DNA of 64,000 bases from a virus. Shown here one piece after another: positions 47,826 through 57,060 of the stretch. The stretch lies in the IMG/VR virus record IMGVR_UViG_3300025174_000005, one strand, 5' to 3'. The first letter of the stretch is position 1. Every line of letters starts with the position of its first letter. The notes below the pieces were generated by a model. The model was not told where the DNA came from. It made no database searches and saw only the letters and a list, made by a program, of their open reading frames with translations. The position numbers and the translations under genes were made by a program.

Positions 47826-48548
47826 TTATGGTGCAGGCACAATTGGCGATCTATCTATACCACCTATATCGGTTAAGATAGTCTCGTTCTCTGTTCCTCC
47901 CAATTTATCCGATATACCTGTTTTTATAATTACTTCACGCAATCTGGCTACAGATTGCGGAACTAGTTCATCAAACACTATCATATATTGTACTGGACGC
48001 ACATGTATTTCTGATGCTCCTTCACTGCGCCTAACTGTTTCATCAGACTCTTGTGAAAGAAATATCATTTGCTGCACGCCGTGAGCCATAATCATACCTT
48101 GATATATAATCATAAACTCTTTAAATCGCTTAACCAATAGGTTTGATTCCCTATTCGTGTCAGCATGCACCCTAAACTCTATAATAGCTTGCTTCCATTG
48201 ACCCCATACCTGAATCCAATCATCTTTGGAGTTGGGATCAGGAACAATTTCACGTATGCGTGGCTTCAAATCCTTACGTCCTGAGCCATCATGTGGTACT
48301 TCCTTAATTAGTTTCATTGTAATAATAGGTAGTGGTATATCTTTTGCGTTATTATCTTTTGGATCGCTTTCTGTAAAAGTCACTGGCTTCTGTAGGTCTT
48401 CAAAATCTATGGCAATTATCTTAGCAAGTAGATCTAGTAGACCTGTGAAATCAGCAGCAGTACGATCTTGCGACCTCTGTAGGGGAGGACGTGTTTCTAT
48501 GTGTAGTGATGATGTCTTATAAAAGTGTTGCTCTGATGCGTGTGACAT
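47826..48548 (-). CDS. Tail terminator/tail completion-like protein
   Basis: Located upstream of the sheath; 'LKPRIRE...GQ.....IEFRVHA..N.E...L...F.EFM..Y'. Confidence 0.55.
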   Translation of the reverse strand: MSHASEQHFYKTSSLHIETRPPLQRSQDRTAADFTGLLDLLAKIIAIDFEDLQKPVTFTESDPKDNNAKDIPLPIITMKLIKEVPHDGSGRKDLKPRIREIVPDPNSKDDWIQVWGQWKQAIIEFRVHADTNRESNLLVKRFKEFMIIYQGMIMAHGVQQMIFLSQESDETVRRSEGASEIHVRPVQYMIVFDELVPQSVARLREVIIKTGISDKLGGTENETILTDIGGIDRSPIVPAP

Positions 48549-48560
48549 TTATAACTCCCT

Positions 48561-49823
48561 TTAAGCTACTCTCAATAATAGTTTAAGAGCTACCTGTATG
48601 GCTGTAACTTCAAATATAGGTACTATATCTAACATAATGGTTGCTTCTCCTCGTAACCTATCTATATCAATTCTAAAAGAATAGTCAATAATATATTTTA
48701 GTGATTTAATACGCTCTAAAGTATTGCGTACTTTCTCATTTAATTTAATTGTATTCAATAATTCACCTATCATTGGTTCTACAGCATACTTCATTGTGTT
48801 TATAACATACTGTGTAATACGTAGATTAACAAAACTCCTATAATCATATTCTGTACCAGTAACTCCTAAGTAAACTAGAGATTCCTTAGATGCACTCCAC
48901 TTCGTTGCTGTGTATCCATAGTTGGCCAAGGTGGATAGATTAATAGCACTTAGTAGTTCTTTAGGCTTAGATAGTAACTTCTTATTTGTGGGGCTAACTG
49001 AAGGCGTTAAAGAGGCTACTAGACCAGCATAGCTGTGTGCCATGTGATTTATGTATTGCCCAGCGGTACTCTGATTAATTACTAGATTGCCTACTGTCAT
49101 AATTACATATTTAGCTGGATCAAATATGTCATCGCCTATATATATAAGGTTAGTTACTAATTGATCTGATACATTAGCAACACTAAGATTTCTGAAAGTA
49201 AGATCCACTGGATTATTCTGTCTGGTTACTTTAGGCACTACAACAGAAGAGCGGTGGTCTCCTAGAAACGCTATATAGTCTGCTGTACCAGGATCTACTA
49301 CGGGGAATGTAACTAGTGGTCCATCATCATCTACAGTTAATCCAAAAAAGAAGCCCCCAGGACTTATTAGGAAATCACCAGATATACCTGTGTTATCTGG
49401 GGCCTGCATAATAGTATATGTGATGTACCCTAGGTTTTCTTTTACATAACTATGGTTAGCAAATAACCTAATAATATTATCATCGGTATTACAATGTACG
49501 GGACACAATATATCCACAGGAAAGTCTAATAATGAATTGAGTAGTGTTGGTAAGTTGGCTGAATGAAATGTGCCTTCATCTATACCCATAGCGTATATGC
49601 GTCCTGGACCATAGTCTATTGCTTCACAAATAGCCTTAGATAGCTCACTATCACCAAATAGGCGTACCGCTTGTTCTAAGCTGTCTATGATATATATAGA
49701 ACCAATTACTGAAGGATCGGATATTGCACTAGTAGATAGTTCCCCCAAGAACATAACTGTTTGACCAATACTAACGTCTCTAACTAAAACCTGATCTGCT
49801 ATCCACTCTACTCTTACTGGCAT
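48561..49823 (-). CDS. Second, shorter sheath paralog carrying an inserted SP-G-DDDG module
   Basis: Sheath-like N-terminus (AVRLFG.SEL..A..EA...G...IY) and C-terminus (NLRITQYVI...EPMIG...IVPIFEV..I). Confidence 0.7.
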   Translation of the reverse strand: MPVRVEWIADQVLVRDVSIGQTVMFLGELSTSAISDPSVIGSIYIIDSLEQAVRLFGDSELSKAICEAIDYGPGRIYAMGIDEGTFHSANLPTLLNSLLDFPVDILCPVHCNTDDNIIRLFANHSYVKENLGYITYTIMQAPDNTGISGDFLISPGGFFFGLTVDDDGPLVTFPVVDPGTADYIAFLGDHRSSVVVPKVTRQNNPVDLTFRNLSVANVSDQLVTNLIYIGDDIFDPAKYVIMTVGNLVINQSTAGQYINHMAHSYAGLVASLTPSVSPTNKKLLSKPKELLSAINLSTLANYGYTATKWSASKESLVYLGVTGTEYDYRSFVNLRITQYVINTMKYAVEPMIGELLNTIKLNEKVRNTLERIKSLKYIIDYSFRIDIDRLRGEATIMLDIVPIFEVTAIQVALKLLLRVA

Positions 49824-49825
49824 AA

Positions 49826-50464
49826 CTATTTACCTTTGTTTTTAAACTCGATTGTATAATTAACTAAGTTTCTATTCTTACGTACGTTAATCTTACGTAC
49901 TGATCTATTAAGGTATTCTTCTTTGCATGCACAGGTATAATACTCTATACGCCCATTATCAGCTCGATTAGCATGAGAATAGTGTATTGAGTAAACCTCC
50001 ACTATACTTTTGGGTATGCCATTATGTGGACTAGGGACCCAGGTTACTTCGTATATAATGTCTTGTATACTTGGATTAACCCAGTGTTTGAAGTAGAATA
50101 CTTTATCGTGTTTAGCTATTCTACCTGGATTCTCTATGGTATCTGGGGACATAGAATCATCCCATCTACGTGTTAAAACCTTTTCTATTATAGGAACGTA
50201 ACCTTCTCCATCACATATGGCACAGTCTCTAACTGCACTTTCTTGTGTGTGGAAATCAAAACAATCACAGTGGAGCTTCTTATTATTTCTACGTATTAAA
50301 ACGTAATGTCCCCACTTATCTAATATTTCATTAATCTTCTGGCGTAAATCTAAACCCAAACCTCCACGAGATGTTTCAAATGCTTGTATGAGTGATGTTT
50401 GGTTGACCATATCACCTAAGGTATGGGTTTGTCTGCCTAAGTAGGTTGTTTGCTTAAATGTCAT
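49826..50464 (-). CDS. Neck/head-closure protein with a Zn-finger
   Basis: HCDC...CAICDGEG; located between the adaptor-like gene and the tail genes. Confidence 0.6.
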   Translation of the reverse strand: MTFKQTTYLGRQTHTLGDMVNQTSLIQAFETSRGGLGLDLRQKINEILDKWGHYVLIRRNNKKLHCDCFDFHTQESAVRDCAICDGEGYVPIIEKVLTRRWDDSMSPDTIENPGRIAKHDKVFYFKHWVNPSIQDIIYEVTWVPSPHNGIPKSIVEVYSIHYSHANRADNGRIEYYTCACKEEYLNRSVRKINVRKNRNLVNYTIEFKNKGK

Positions 50465-50482
50465 TTATAAAGTGAAGCTCCT

Positions 50483-52234
50483 TTAGTATCTAGAACGACC
50501 AGGTGATCCAAATTTAGAACGCGAAGCAAATGGAAATAACCCACCCCTAAAACCAACTACGGGTTGAGCGTAGCCACGTCTAGTGTGACCCATAATTCTG
50601 TCCCAAAGTTGCGCTAATTGTTTATCGAGGTGTTTAATAATATCTAGGAAATCCCTACCACTAAATCTTCCTTCGGTAATAGTTAAATCCCCTAGGTGTT
50701 TTTCTTCTCCTGATGTGCGCAATAAGTATAAATACACACCATTAATTGCATCTCTAGCAGACTTAAGGCGTACATATTCTTTGATATAGTATGGAGGATT
50801 TAAGTAATCAAAAGGAGCTGGGTATGTAAATGCATATTGCGTAGGTTGGGCAAATGTCTGATATATCATGGTGTTATAGAATGGTACTGGGAAAATAAAG
50901 AATGATAATGTCTGTTGTCTATATGTTAAATAGTCTATAGCATTGAATTGTGCCCAGAATCCATTTTGTCTAATTAACATAAGCAAGTCTTCATCTGTAG
51001 CATGACTAAGTATAAGAGGAGCTACTGAACGCACCAGTCTAGGTGTGGAGTAGTATGGAAACAACACAGTTGTAAAGTGCCACTCAAAATCTTCATCAGG
51101 GAACTTTAATGTAACCGTAATCTTATTATTAATCTTTAAGGCTGTAGTAGGAAATGTTTTTTTAATAGTAGTTTCATCTTTAACGGCATCATAAGTAACT
51201 GTAACAACAGCGTCTGGATCGACTAATATACCTGTTTTTTCTATAGGAGATACATCATCTACATGAGTACGAGGTACTTCAAATATATCAGGTGGAAATA
51301 TAAAGTCTCTAAGGCCACCATAATATGGTGTACCTTCAGGTTCATCTGTAAAAGGAATACCATCTACTATAAAATTAGAATCATCAAATGACATACTGGT
51401 ATAGTTGCCTTTTATTTTAATCCATACCTCTCCTATGTCTGGAGCTATATCATATACATCTGGTTTTGGATAAGTATCTATAACTTGTATAGGTGCAAAT
51501 CCACCATATATTGCAGCAGAAGTGCTAACACTATCTTCTAGTGCTATACTACTTAAATCTATCTCACCTATATAGAATGTGTGGACATCGCTGTAGTGTC
51601 CTTTTTGAGTTGATGGACGTACGCCCCTAACTCGCCAGAAGTATTGCTTATCCACATCAAAAGGTCTATCAGGCATTACCGTAGTTAGAGTATTGTCGAT
51701 TGTATCTGAAGGTAATGGCCAGTAAATTACATCAAATGAATTAGTTTGAGATACTTCTATATCATAGTGATCTGCCCCTGGTATTGCATCCCATGAGAAA
51801 GTAGGTTGTACTTGTATGGCGCTTTGATTACTGGGTGAACGAAGAATTGTTTGAGGCAACATGCCTGAGGTATCTGTGGTAAATGTTGAAAAGAAATTGC
51901 CCATCATACCATTACCAAGTATGTCTTTAATACCATCTATAGGAGATGTTGTAGGCTTGTTATGTCCAACTACAGTAATACGATATGTAATACCTGGGTC
52001 AAAGTTGATTGTTGGTGTAAAGGTAAGGGTCTTGTTTAGAGCAGAGTAAGCTAAGCTACCAGGAACACGAATATCTGTACCTTCTTTTTCTACTATAAAA
52101 GTAGAAGCACCAAAGGTTAGTTGGTCCATTGCTCTAAAGAACTTAACTTCTATTTTACTGTCTAGAGCAACACCTACACTAAAAGACTTTGGTATTATCT
52201 TTTGTATTAGATTGCTTTCACTAAAATCAGCCAC
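50483..52234 (-). CDS. Head-tail adaptor-like protein fused to Ig-like (Big_5) and FN3-like domains
   Basis: N-terminal 'V.LDSKIEV.F...MD..T...LTFTPT..F.PG.TY.ITV'; FN3 'FSWDAIPGA.HY.IEVS...YFWRVRG'; helical C-terminus with 'KHLGDLTI'. Confidence 0.6.
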   Translation of the reverse strand: MADFSESNLIQKIIPKSFSVGVALDSKIEVKFFRAMDQLTFGASTFIVEKEGTDIRVPGSLAYSALNKTLTFTPTINFDPGITYRITVVGHNKPTTSPIDGIKDILGNGMMGNFFSTFTTDTSGMLPQTILRSPSNQSAIQVQPTFSWDAIPGADHYDIEVSQTNSFDVIYWPLPSDTIDNTLTTVMPDRPFDVDKQYFWRVRGVRPSTQKGHYSDVHTFYIGEIDLSSIALEDSVSTSAAIYGGFAPIQVIDTYPKPDVYDIAPDIGEVWIKIKGNYTSMSFDDSNFIVDGIPFTDEPEGTPYYGGLRDFIFPPDIFEVPRTHVDDVSPIEKTGILVDPDAVVTVTYDAVKDETTIKKTFPTTALKINNKITVTLKFPDEDFEWHFTTVLFPYYSTPRLVRSVAPLILSHATDEDLLMLIRQNGFWAQFNAIDYLTYRQQTLSFFIFPVPFYNTMIYQTFAQPTQYAFTYPAPFDYLNPPYYIKEYVRLKSARDAINGVYLYLLRTSGEEKHLGDLTITEGRFSGRDFLDIIKHLDKQLAQLWDRIMGHTRRGYAQPVVGFRGGLFPFASRSKFGSPGRSRY

Positions 52235-52309
52235 TCAAACTCCTACTTAAGAAATTTATAGCTCGTTAAGAACATATAGTAGATAGTTGTTTTTTTGTGT
52301 CTTTTATAG

Positions 52310-52669
52310 TTAATCTAACTCTACATCTAAGACATGGTTTTCCACTATATCTCTTGCTACATCCACAGATTTCATTTTCTTTGTTACGCGAAAATATAGA
52401 TAGAAGAAAATCAACGAGAAACAATACAAGCAACCAATTGAAAACCAAAACGCGGGCATGGGCGATAGATGAAGCAATCTCAGGCCTATCATAAAGCATC
52501 CCATTTGAATCCAGTCGTATCCTAAAGGAAGAAAGAAGAATCCTGCTGTCCAATAAAACATTTTCTGATTCTCCAGGTTTACGAACCAAGAGGAAATTAT
52601 CTGTAATTTTTCTTTTATCCTTTTTGTTGTTGACCTTAACACTAGATACACCCCTACTGTTGCCATCAC
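52310..52669 (-). CDS. Putative small membrane protein (frame choice uncertain)
   Basis: Two or three hydrophobic segments; overlaps an alternative 146-aa same-strand ORF (52266-52706); weak SD. Confidence 0.35.
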   Translation of the reverse strand: MMATVGVYLVLRSTTKRIKEKLQIISSWFVNLENQKMFYWTAGFFFLPLGYDWIQMGCFMIGLRLLHLSPMPAFWFSIGCLYCFSLIFFYLYFRVTKKMKSVDVARDIVENHVLDVELD

Positions 52670-52857
52670 TTGGCAAAGATAAACCCTCTTCCATTCTTCC
52701 CTTCACGTCTCCTTTATAGGACTAGCGTCCTGTTGTGCCATATGGACTCCACCAGTTATCACAGCGACCCTGTGGACGAATAAACCCATCTACTACATGG
52801 CAACGATTAACCCCATCAAAGAACCTAAAAAGCTTTATCTAGCTTAGCTATATCAAC

Positions 52858-53691
52858 TTACTTAATAGCTAAAAGCGGCTCTAGCACAGCTTTGGCATTC
52901 TGATAACCAGCTTCTATAAATTCAGGTATACGCTTAACATCAAAGATAGTGCCACCCCTCATCTTAGGGGTAAGAAGTGTGAGCTTATCTTCTAGAAGAT
53001 ACTGTGCTTCAGATATGGATTTGTCAATGTGACTATCCCATAGAGATTCGTAAGCAGAAAATATAGCATCTATCTTACCACGAACAATATCTTCATCTAC
53101 ACCAGAAGCAACATTCGATACCAATATTCTATCTACTTGATCGTTGTAGCAATAGTGTATGGGTAAGCAATCAGCTATACCACCATCATAGAAGTGATCA
53201 CCACCATATCCTGACATAGGAATGGGCCGTGTCCTGAATATAGCAGGTATGGCTGAACTAGCAGCTATAAGATCTGCTAGATTAATATATGCATGGGAAG
53301 TATTTCTGGTTGTAAATAGTATTGGATCTCCCGTACGAACATGAGTGGTAACTATGGATAAATCTATTTGTTTTATATTGACCATATATTGGTCTTTTAG
53401 AAATCGATTAAGTTTATTGCGTAACTTCTTACCAGGAAACAATCCAGTGCCATTAAATAGTGACCATAGATCATATTCTATAAAGAAACCTGGATTCTTA
53501 ATATCTAGAAATATCTTTTTAATTTCGGCGGGTGATAATCCTGATGCATATAACCCACCAATTACTGCACCACCAGAGGAACCTACTATGTGTTTTATAT
53601 TTATATTATTATGTTCTAAGAGATAAGTAAGTAGACCGATATGTGCTGCGGCTCTAATTCCTCCTGACGAGAGAACCAGAGTGATATCCAA
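52858..53691 (-). CDS. Patatin-like phospholipase
   Basis: Oxyanion loop SSGGIR, nucleophile GSSGG (GxSxG), ASSAIP and catalytic DGG are all present. Confidence 0.92.
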   Translation of the reverse strand: MDITLVLSSGGIRAAAHIGLLTYLLEHNNINIKHIVGSSGGAVIGGLYASGLSPAEIKKIFLDIKNPGFFIEYDLWSLFNGTGLFPGKKLRNKLNRFLKDQYMVNIKQIDLSIVTTHVRTGDPILFTTRNTSHAYINLADLIAASSAIPAIFRTRPIPMSGYGGDHFYDGGIADCLPIHYCYNDQVDRILVSNVASGVDEDIVRGKIDAIFSAYESLWDSHIDKSISEAQYLLEDKLTLLTPKMRGGTIFDVKRIPEFIEAGYQNAKAVLEPLLAIK

Positions 53692-53922
53692 TTAATTTAT
53701 ACTCCCTTCTATCGGTGTATTAAGCTTAATACCTATTGAATAATCTAAGGCAATCCCTACCCCATATTTAGCTAGTAAGTCAAATACTTCTTGACGTACA
53801 GAAGCAAGGTATTCTTCTTTGTCTTTCTTGGTCATTTGAGCTATATCAGGAAGGATTCCTTCCATAGCTGCTGCAAGGAACTTATTAGGCTTCTTTTTTC
53901 TAGGCATTTGTATTTCTCCCAT
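53692..53922 (-). CDS. Small hypothetical protein
   Basis: 76 aa (possible start MPRKKK at 53907 with a GGAG SD); abuts the patatin gene. Confidence 0.5.
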   Translation of the reverse strand: MGEIQMPRKKKPNKFLAAAMEGILPDIAQMTKKDKEEYLASVRQEVFDLLAKYGVGIALDYSIGIKLNTPIEGSIN

Positions 53923-53928
53923 AGTTAT

Positions 53929-53994
53929 TTATTCATTTAAAAATCTATTATTATTTTTTGTGTTTTTTCCACAGCCACATAAGCATAATGACAC
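53929..53994 (-). pseudogene. 21-codon stub with a CxCGCG motif (N-terminus of phage HNH/GIY-YIG-type endonucleases)
   Basis: Manual translation from GTG: MSLCLCGCGKNTKNNNRFLNE*. Confidence 0.4.
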
Positions 53995-53999
53995 TTTAA

Positions 54000-55025
54000 T
54001 TATAAATCCTCCGACAACATATATAAGGTTGCAGTAGCAAAATTATTTTTATTATAGGTAGGCCATGTAAAAGGTTGATTATCCATCAATCTAACAACTA
54101 ATTTCATATTCAGTGAAGACTTTAGAATGGTAGTGGAGATATAGTTCCAAGGAAACACAGTGACATCACTTACTAGCTCTCCAAACTTAGGAGAAATAGA
54201 GGGGGCATTAGCCCAATTATGAATATCCTGCGCGGATTTATACCTCTGTCCTCCAACTTTATATGGCCCAACATAAACTTCAAATAAAATAATATCATTA
54301 AATACTTGCATGTCATTGCTAAATTGTCCCTCAACTTTATCAATAACAAGCATCTTACCAGGAGAAGGAGAGATTTCCCATTCACTCGTGGTAGCATACC
54401 AATAATTAGCAGTAATATTTGCACTAGTTGGCGTATCAAATAATACAGATCCGTTCTCATAATTAATAGTTAGATTAGAATTAGTTTGCTTATCTTGACT
54501 GTTGTATTGCATCTGGGGCACACCATCTATATATATTTGAGGTCTTTTACCTAAATTACTATCGCTAGTTACCCTATAGGTATCTATCCAATATGGGTAA
54601 GCACTTGTAAATGTTAGATTGTCACCTGAATTAATGAGGGTTTCTCCAGTAATCTGTAAGCTCTTAAGGTGCCATGTGCATTTATCTCCTAGATTGTGTG
54701 AAACAGCATATACTTTAGTTGAATCTGTTTTTTCAGTTACGCTTCGTATTAATCCCAACCCTGTGAAAGGTTTAAATTTTATAAACTGATCAACAATTCC
54801 ATCTTGCAAATCATTATATGATATTGCTGTTGGTTTAATATTAGTCTCAAAATCAACAATGTCAGTATTGGAATCTTGAATTAACTTAGTATAGTAGTAA
54901 ACATCTTTGGGATTATCAACAAGAAATATAGTATAGATTAATCCGTCTTCTATATAACAATAACTTAAATTGCGCTGTGTCTTTATTGTTTTTAATTTAC
55001 TATACGATACTACAAATGATTTCAT
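54000..55025 (-). CDS. Virion accessory protein, shared-N-terminus family member 1
   Basis: N-terminal ~80 aa homologous to the next two upstream genes; beta-rich C-terminus. Confidence 0.5.
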   Translation of the reverse strand: MKSFVVSYSKLKTIKTQRNLSYCYIEDGLIYTIFLVDNPKDVYYYTKLIQDSNTDIVDFETNIKPTAISYNDLQDGIVDQFIKFKPFTGLGLIRSVTEKTDSTKVYAVSHNLGDKCTWHLKSLQITGETLINSGDNLTFTSAYPYWIDTYRVTSDSNLGKRPQIYIDGVPQMQYNSQDKQTNSNLTINYENGSVLFDTPTSANITANYWYATTSEWEISPSPGKMLVIDKVEGQFSNDMQVFNDIILFEVYVGPYKVGGQRYKSAQDIHNWANAPSISPKFGELVSDVTVFPWNYISTTILKSSLNMKLVVRLMDNQPFTWPTYNKNNFATATLYMLSEDL

Positions 55026-56425
55026 AATAACTCCTCACCAAACATAACCGTAACTGTTCCATTGGAGTTAGAATTATTTCCTTTTTTACCAACTACCAAT
55101 AGATTTTCACCTGGATTTATATATAGGGCTAATTCAAAATTAAATACAAAAAATTCTTCATCAGAGTTGACTGATTCAATTAGTTTGGTGCCATAACTAG
55201 AAGTAGTAGGAGTACGATAAACCAACATACTAGAAGAGATAGCAAGATCTTTCAAGTTATTAATTGCAACATATGTTCCATTGGATGTAATAGTTCCGTT
55301 CTTATATATGAAAATAATATTTTCTTCATCTGTTGAAGTAATATGTATAGATTTAACCCTCATTATCTTATCTGTACTTGGATTTTTCAATAGAAATATT
55401 GGAGCTGTTTGGCTTGGAATTACAACAGAAGTAGTTGTAATAAAAGCTTTTGATTGCGAAGACATAACTTGCCAGACATCTCCACTAGAAACTACCGTAA
55501 TATCTCCAAGCCTATCTACTATATCCTTTAGTCTTCCTAATACAGTATAATCTGTTGGATTTAATTGAACCTCACCAATTCTATTATCAAAATCCACTTC
55601 TGATAGACGTGTTGATAAATCAACATCCAATTTATCTGTATTCAAAGCTATTTCGTCGAGATTATTGTTGGCTGCCAACAATGTTGTTTCTGTAGAAGCA
55701 CCTGTAGGCAAAGACACCGTACCTGTAATGTCTGTAATATTCCAAGTACCTGCTTGATTAATACTACCTATTGTGTTATTTCCTATAGGCAATGGAAAAT
55801 TGAGAAACACACCGCTGGTTTCATTGGTTACTGATGTGACAATATTAGTAGAGCCAGACCCCACACCTAATAATCTTATCCTAACTTGGGTAAATCCCGC
55901 TACAGTACATCTAAATACAGAACCAGATGTTGGATTGATAAATGTGGTTGAAGACTGACCTGTACCAGCCACATATCCGAATATAGGAGTCCACACCCCA
56001 CTATTATCAACAGTAGCTTCAAATATTATTGTCCCCGTGAATGCGGTATGTATTAATTGAAAAACCACATTTCTTCTTTTACTTGTTCGAATCGAAACCA
56101 TATCATTAATATTAGTCAGCATGCCTGTGTGAGAGTAAGACTGATAATCATAAATCGCATTTGCAATACAGTCATCAATACTTTCACATAACATAGCCGT
56201 AGGTAGTATATTATTAATAAAATCATTATAACTATCTAATTGTAACTGATCTATGACAATCCCATTGTTGGGTTTAGTAAGATTTATTTTATATATATTA
56301 TTAGATAGTACATCTACAACCATTAAACTATAGGTATCAACTAAATCTATATATCCTATCTTCAGATCTAAAAGTAGGGATAGGTATTTTAGTTGCGTAT
56401 ATTTTACAAATAACTCTTGCATCAT
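55022..56425 (-). CDS. Virion accessory/fibre-like protein, shared-N-terminus family member 2
   Basis: Start moved to ATG 56425 (TAATG overlap); fibre-type motifs LPIGNNTIG, LPTGASTETTL, DVDLSTR. Confidence 0.55.
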   Translation of the reverse strand: MMQELFVKYTQLKYLSLLLDLKIGYIDLVDTYSLMVVDVLSNNIYKINLTKPNNGIVIDQLQLDSYNDFINNILPTAMLCESIDDCIANAIYDYQSYSHTGMLTNINDMVSIRTSKRRNVVFQLIHTAFTGTIIFEATVDNSGVWTPIFGYVAGTGQSSTTFINPTSGSVFRCTVAGFTQVRIRLLGVGSGSTNIVTSVTNETSGVFLNFPLPIGNNTIGSINQAGTWNITDITGTVSLPTGASTETTLLAANNNLDEIALNTDKLDVDLSTRLSEVDFDNRIGEVQLNPTDYTVLGRLKDIVDRLGDITVVSSGDVWQVMSSQSKAFITTTSVVIPSQTAPIFLLKNPSTDKIMRVKSIHITSTDEENIIFIYKNGTITSNGTYVAINNLKDLAISSSMLVYRTPTTSSYGTKLIESVNSDEEFFVFNFELALYINPGENLLVVGKKGNNSNSNGTVTVMFGEELL

Positions 56426-57051
56426 TATTTGATTACTCCCCTGATCCACGCACTTAATGTATTACTATTTTGTAATGAAGTTAGTATTACTCTAATAGGT
56501 ATTACACCGTCTCCTAACATTTCATGATCTATATGTGCTTCGGTAAAACCAGCATCACTATGTGATATTTTAACAATCAATATATTATCACCAACGGGAT
56601 CATGTATTAATTTAATATTACCCCTATACTCTGTATTCAGTTGTAGACTGTGTAAATTCCATTTAACACCATTATCAGGTATGAAATCTATTTGATGAGT
56701 TTTACCGCTTTCTAAACTAATTTCTCCTGTAGTTAATTCTATTTTTTCAAATAATTCGGAAATAGGAACAACTGTTGGAAAATCTCTATAAAAAGGTCTA
56801 TTAAGTACTAATTGAGCAGTAATAAAATCCTCTAATATATTAGAGGATGTTGCAGATGGCCTTAGATTGGTATCAAAATCTATATTATCAACACCCTGAT
56901 CTTTAAGAGCCCTAGTTAAATAAACAATATCTTTATTACGATCTACTACACAAATATCGTAATAATTACTATACTCGACATAACCTACTTGTAAATTAAG
57001 AGAGTTATTAATTTCCTTAAATAAACTATAGGTTATATGATTTATCTGCAT
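56425..57051 (-). CDS. Virion accessory protein, shared-N-terminus family member 3
   Basis: N-terminal domain shared with the 341-aa and 467-aa neighbours. Confidence 0.5.
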   Translation of the reverse strand: MQINHITYSLFKEINNSLNLQVGYVEYSNYYDICVVDRNKDIVYLTRALKDQGVDNIDFDTNLRPSATSSNILEDFITAQLVLNRPFYRDFPTVVPISELFEKIELTTGEISLESGKTHQIDFIPDNGVKWNLHSLQLNTEYRGNIKLIHDPVGDNILIVKISHSDAGFTEAHIDHEMLGDGVIPIRVILTSLQNSNTLSAWIRGVIK

Positions 57052-57060
57052 TTTATTCTA

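Noticed and set aside
52266-52706. 146-aa ORF as the real gene in this gap
   Set aside because: Its SD-to-GTG spacing is only 2 nt and the protein looks random; the overlapping 119-aa hydrophobic ORF is slightly more plausible, but neither is secure.
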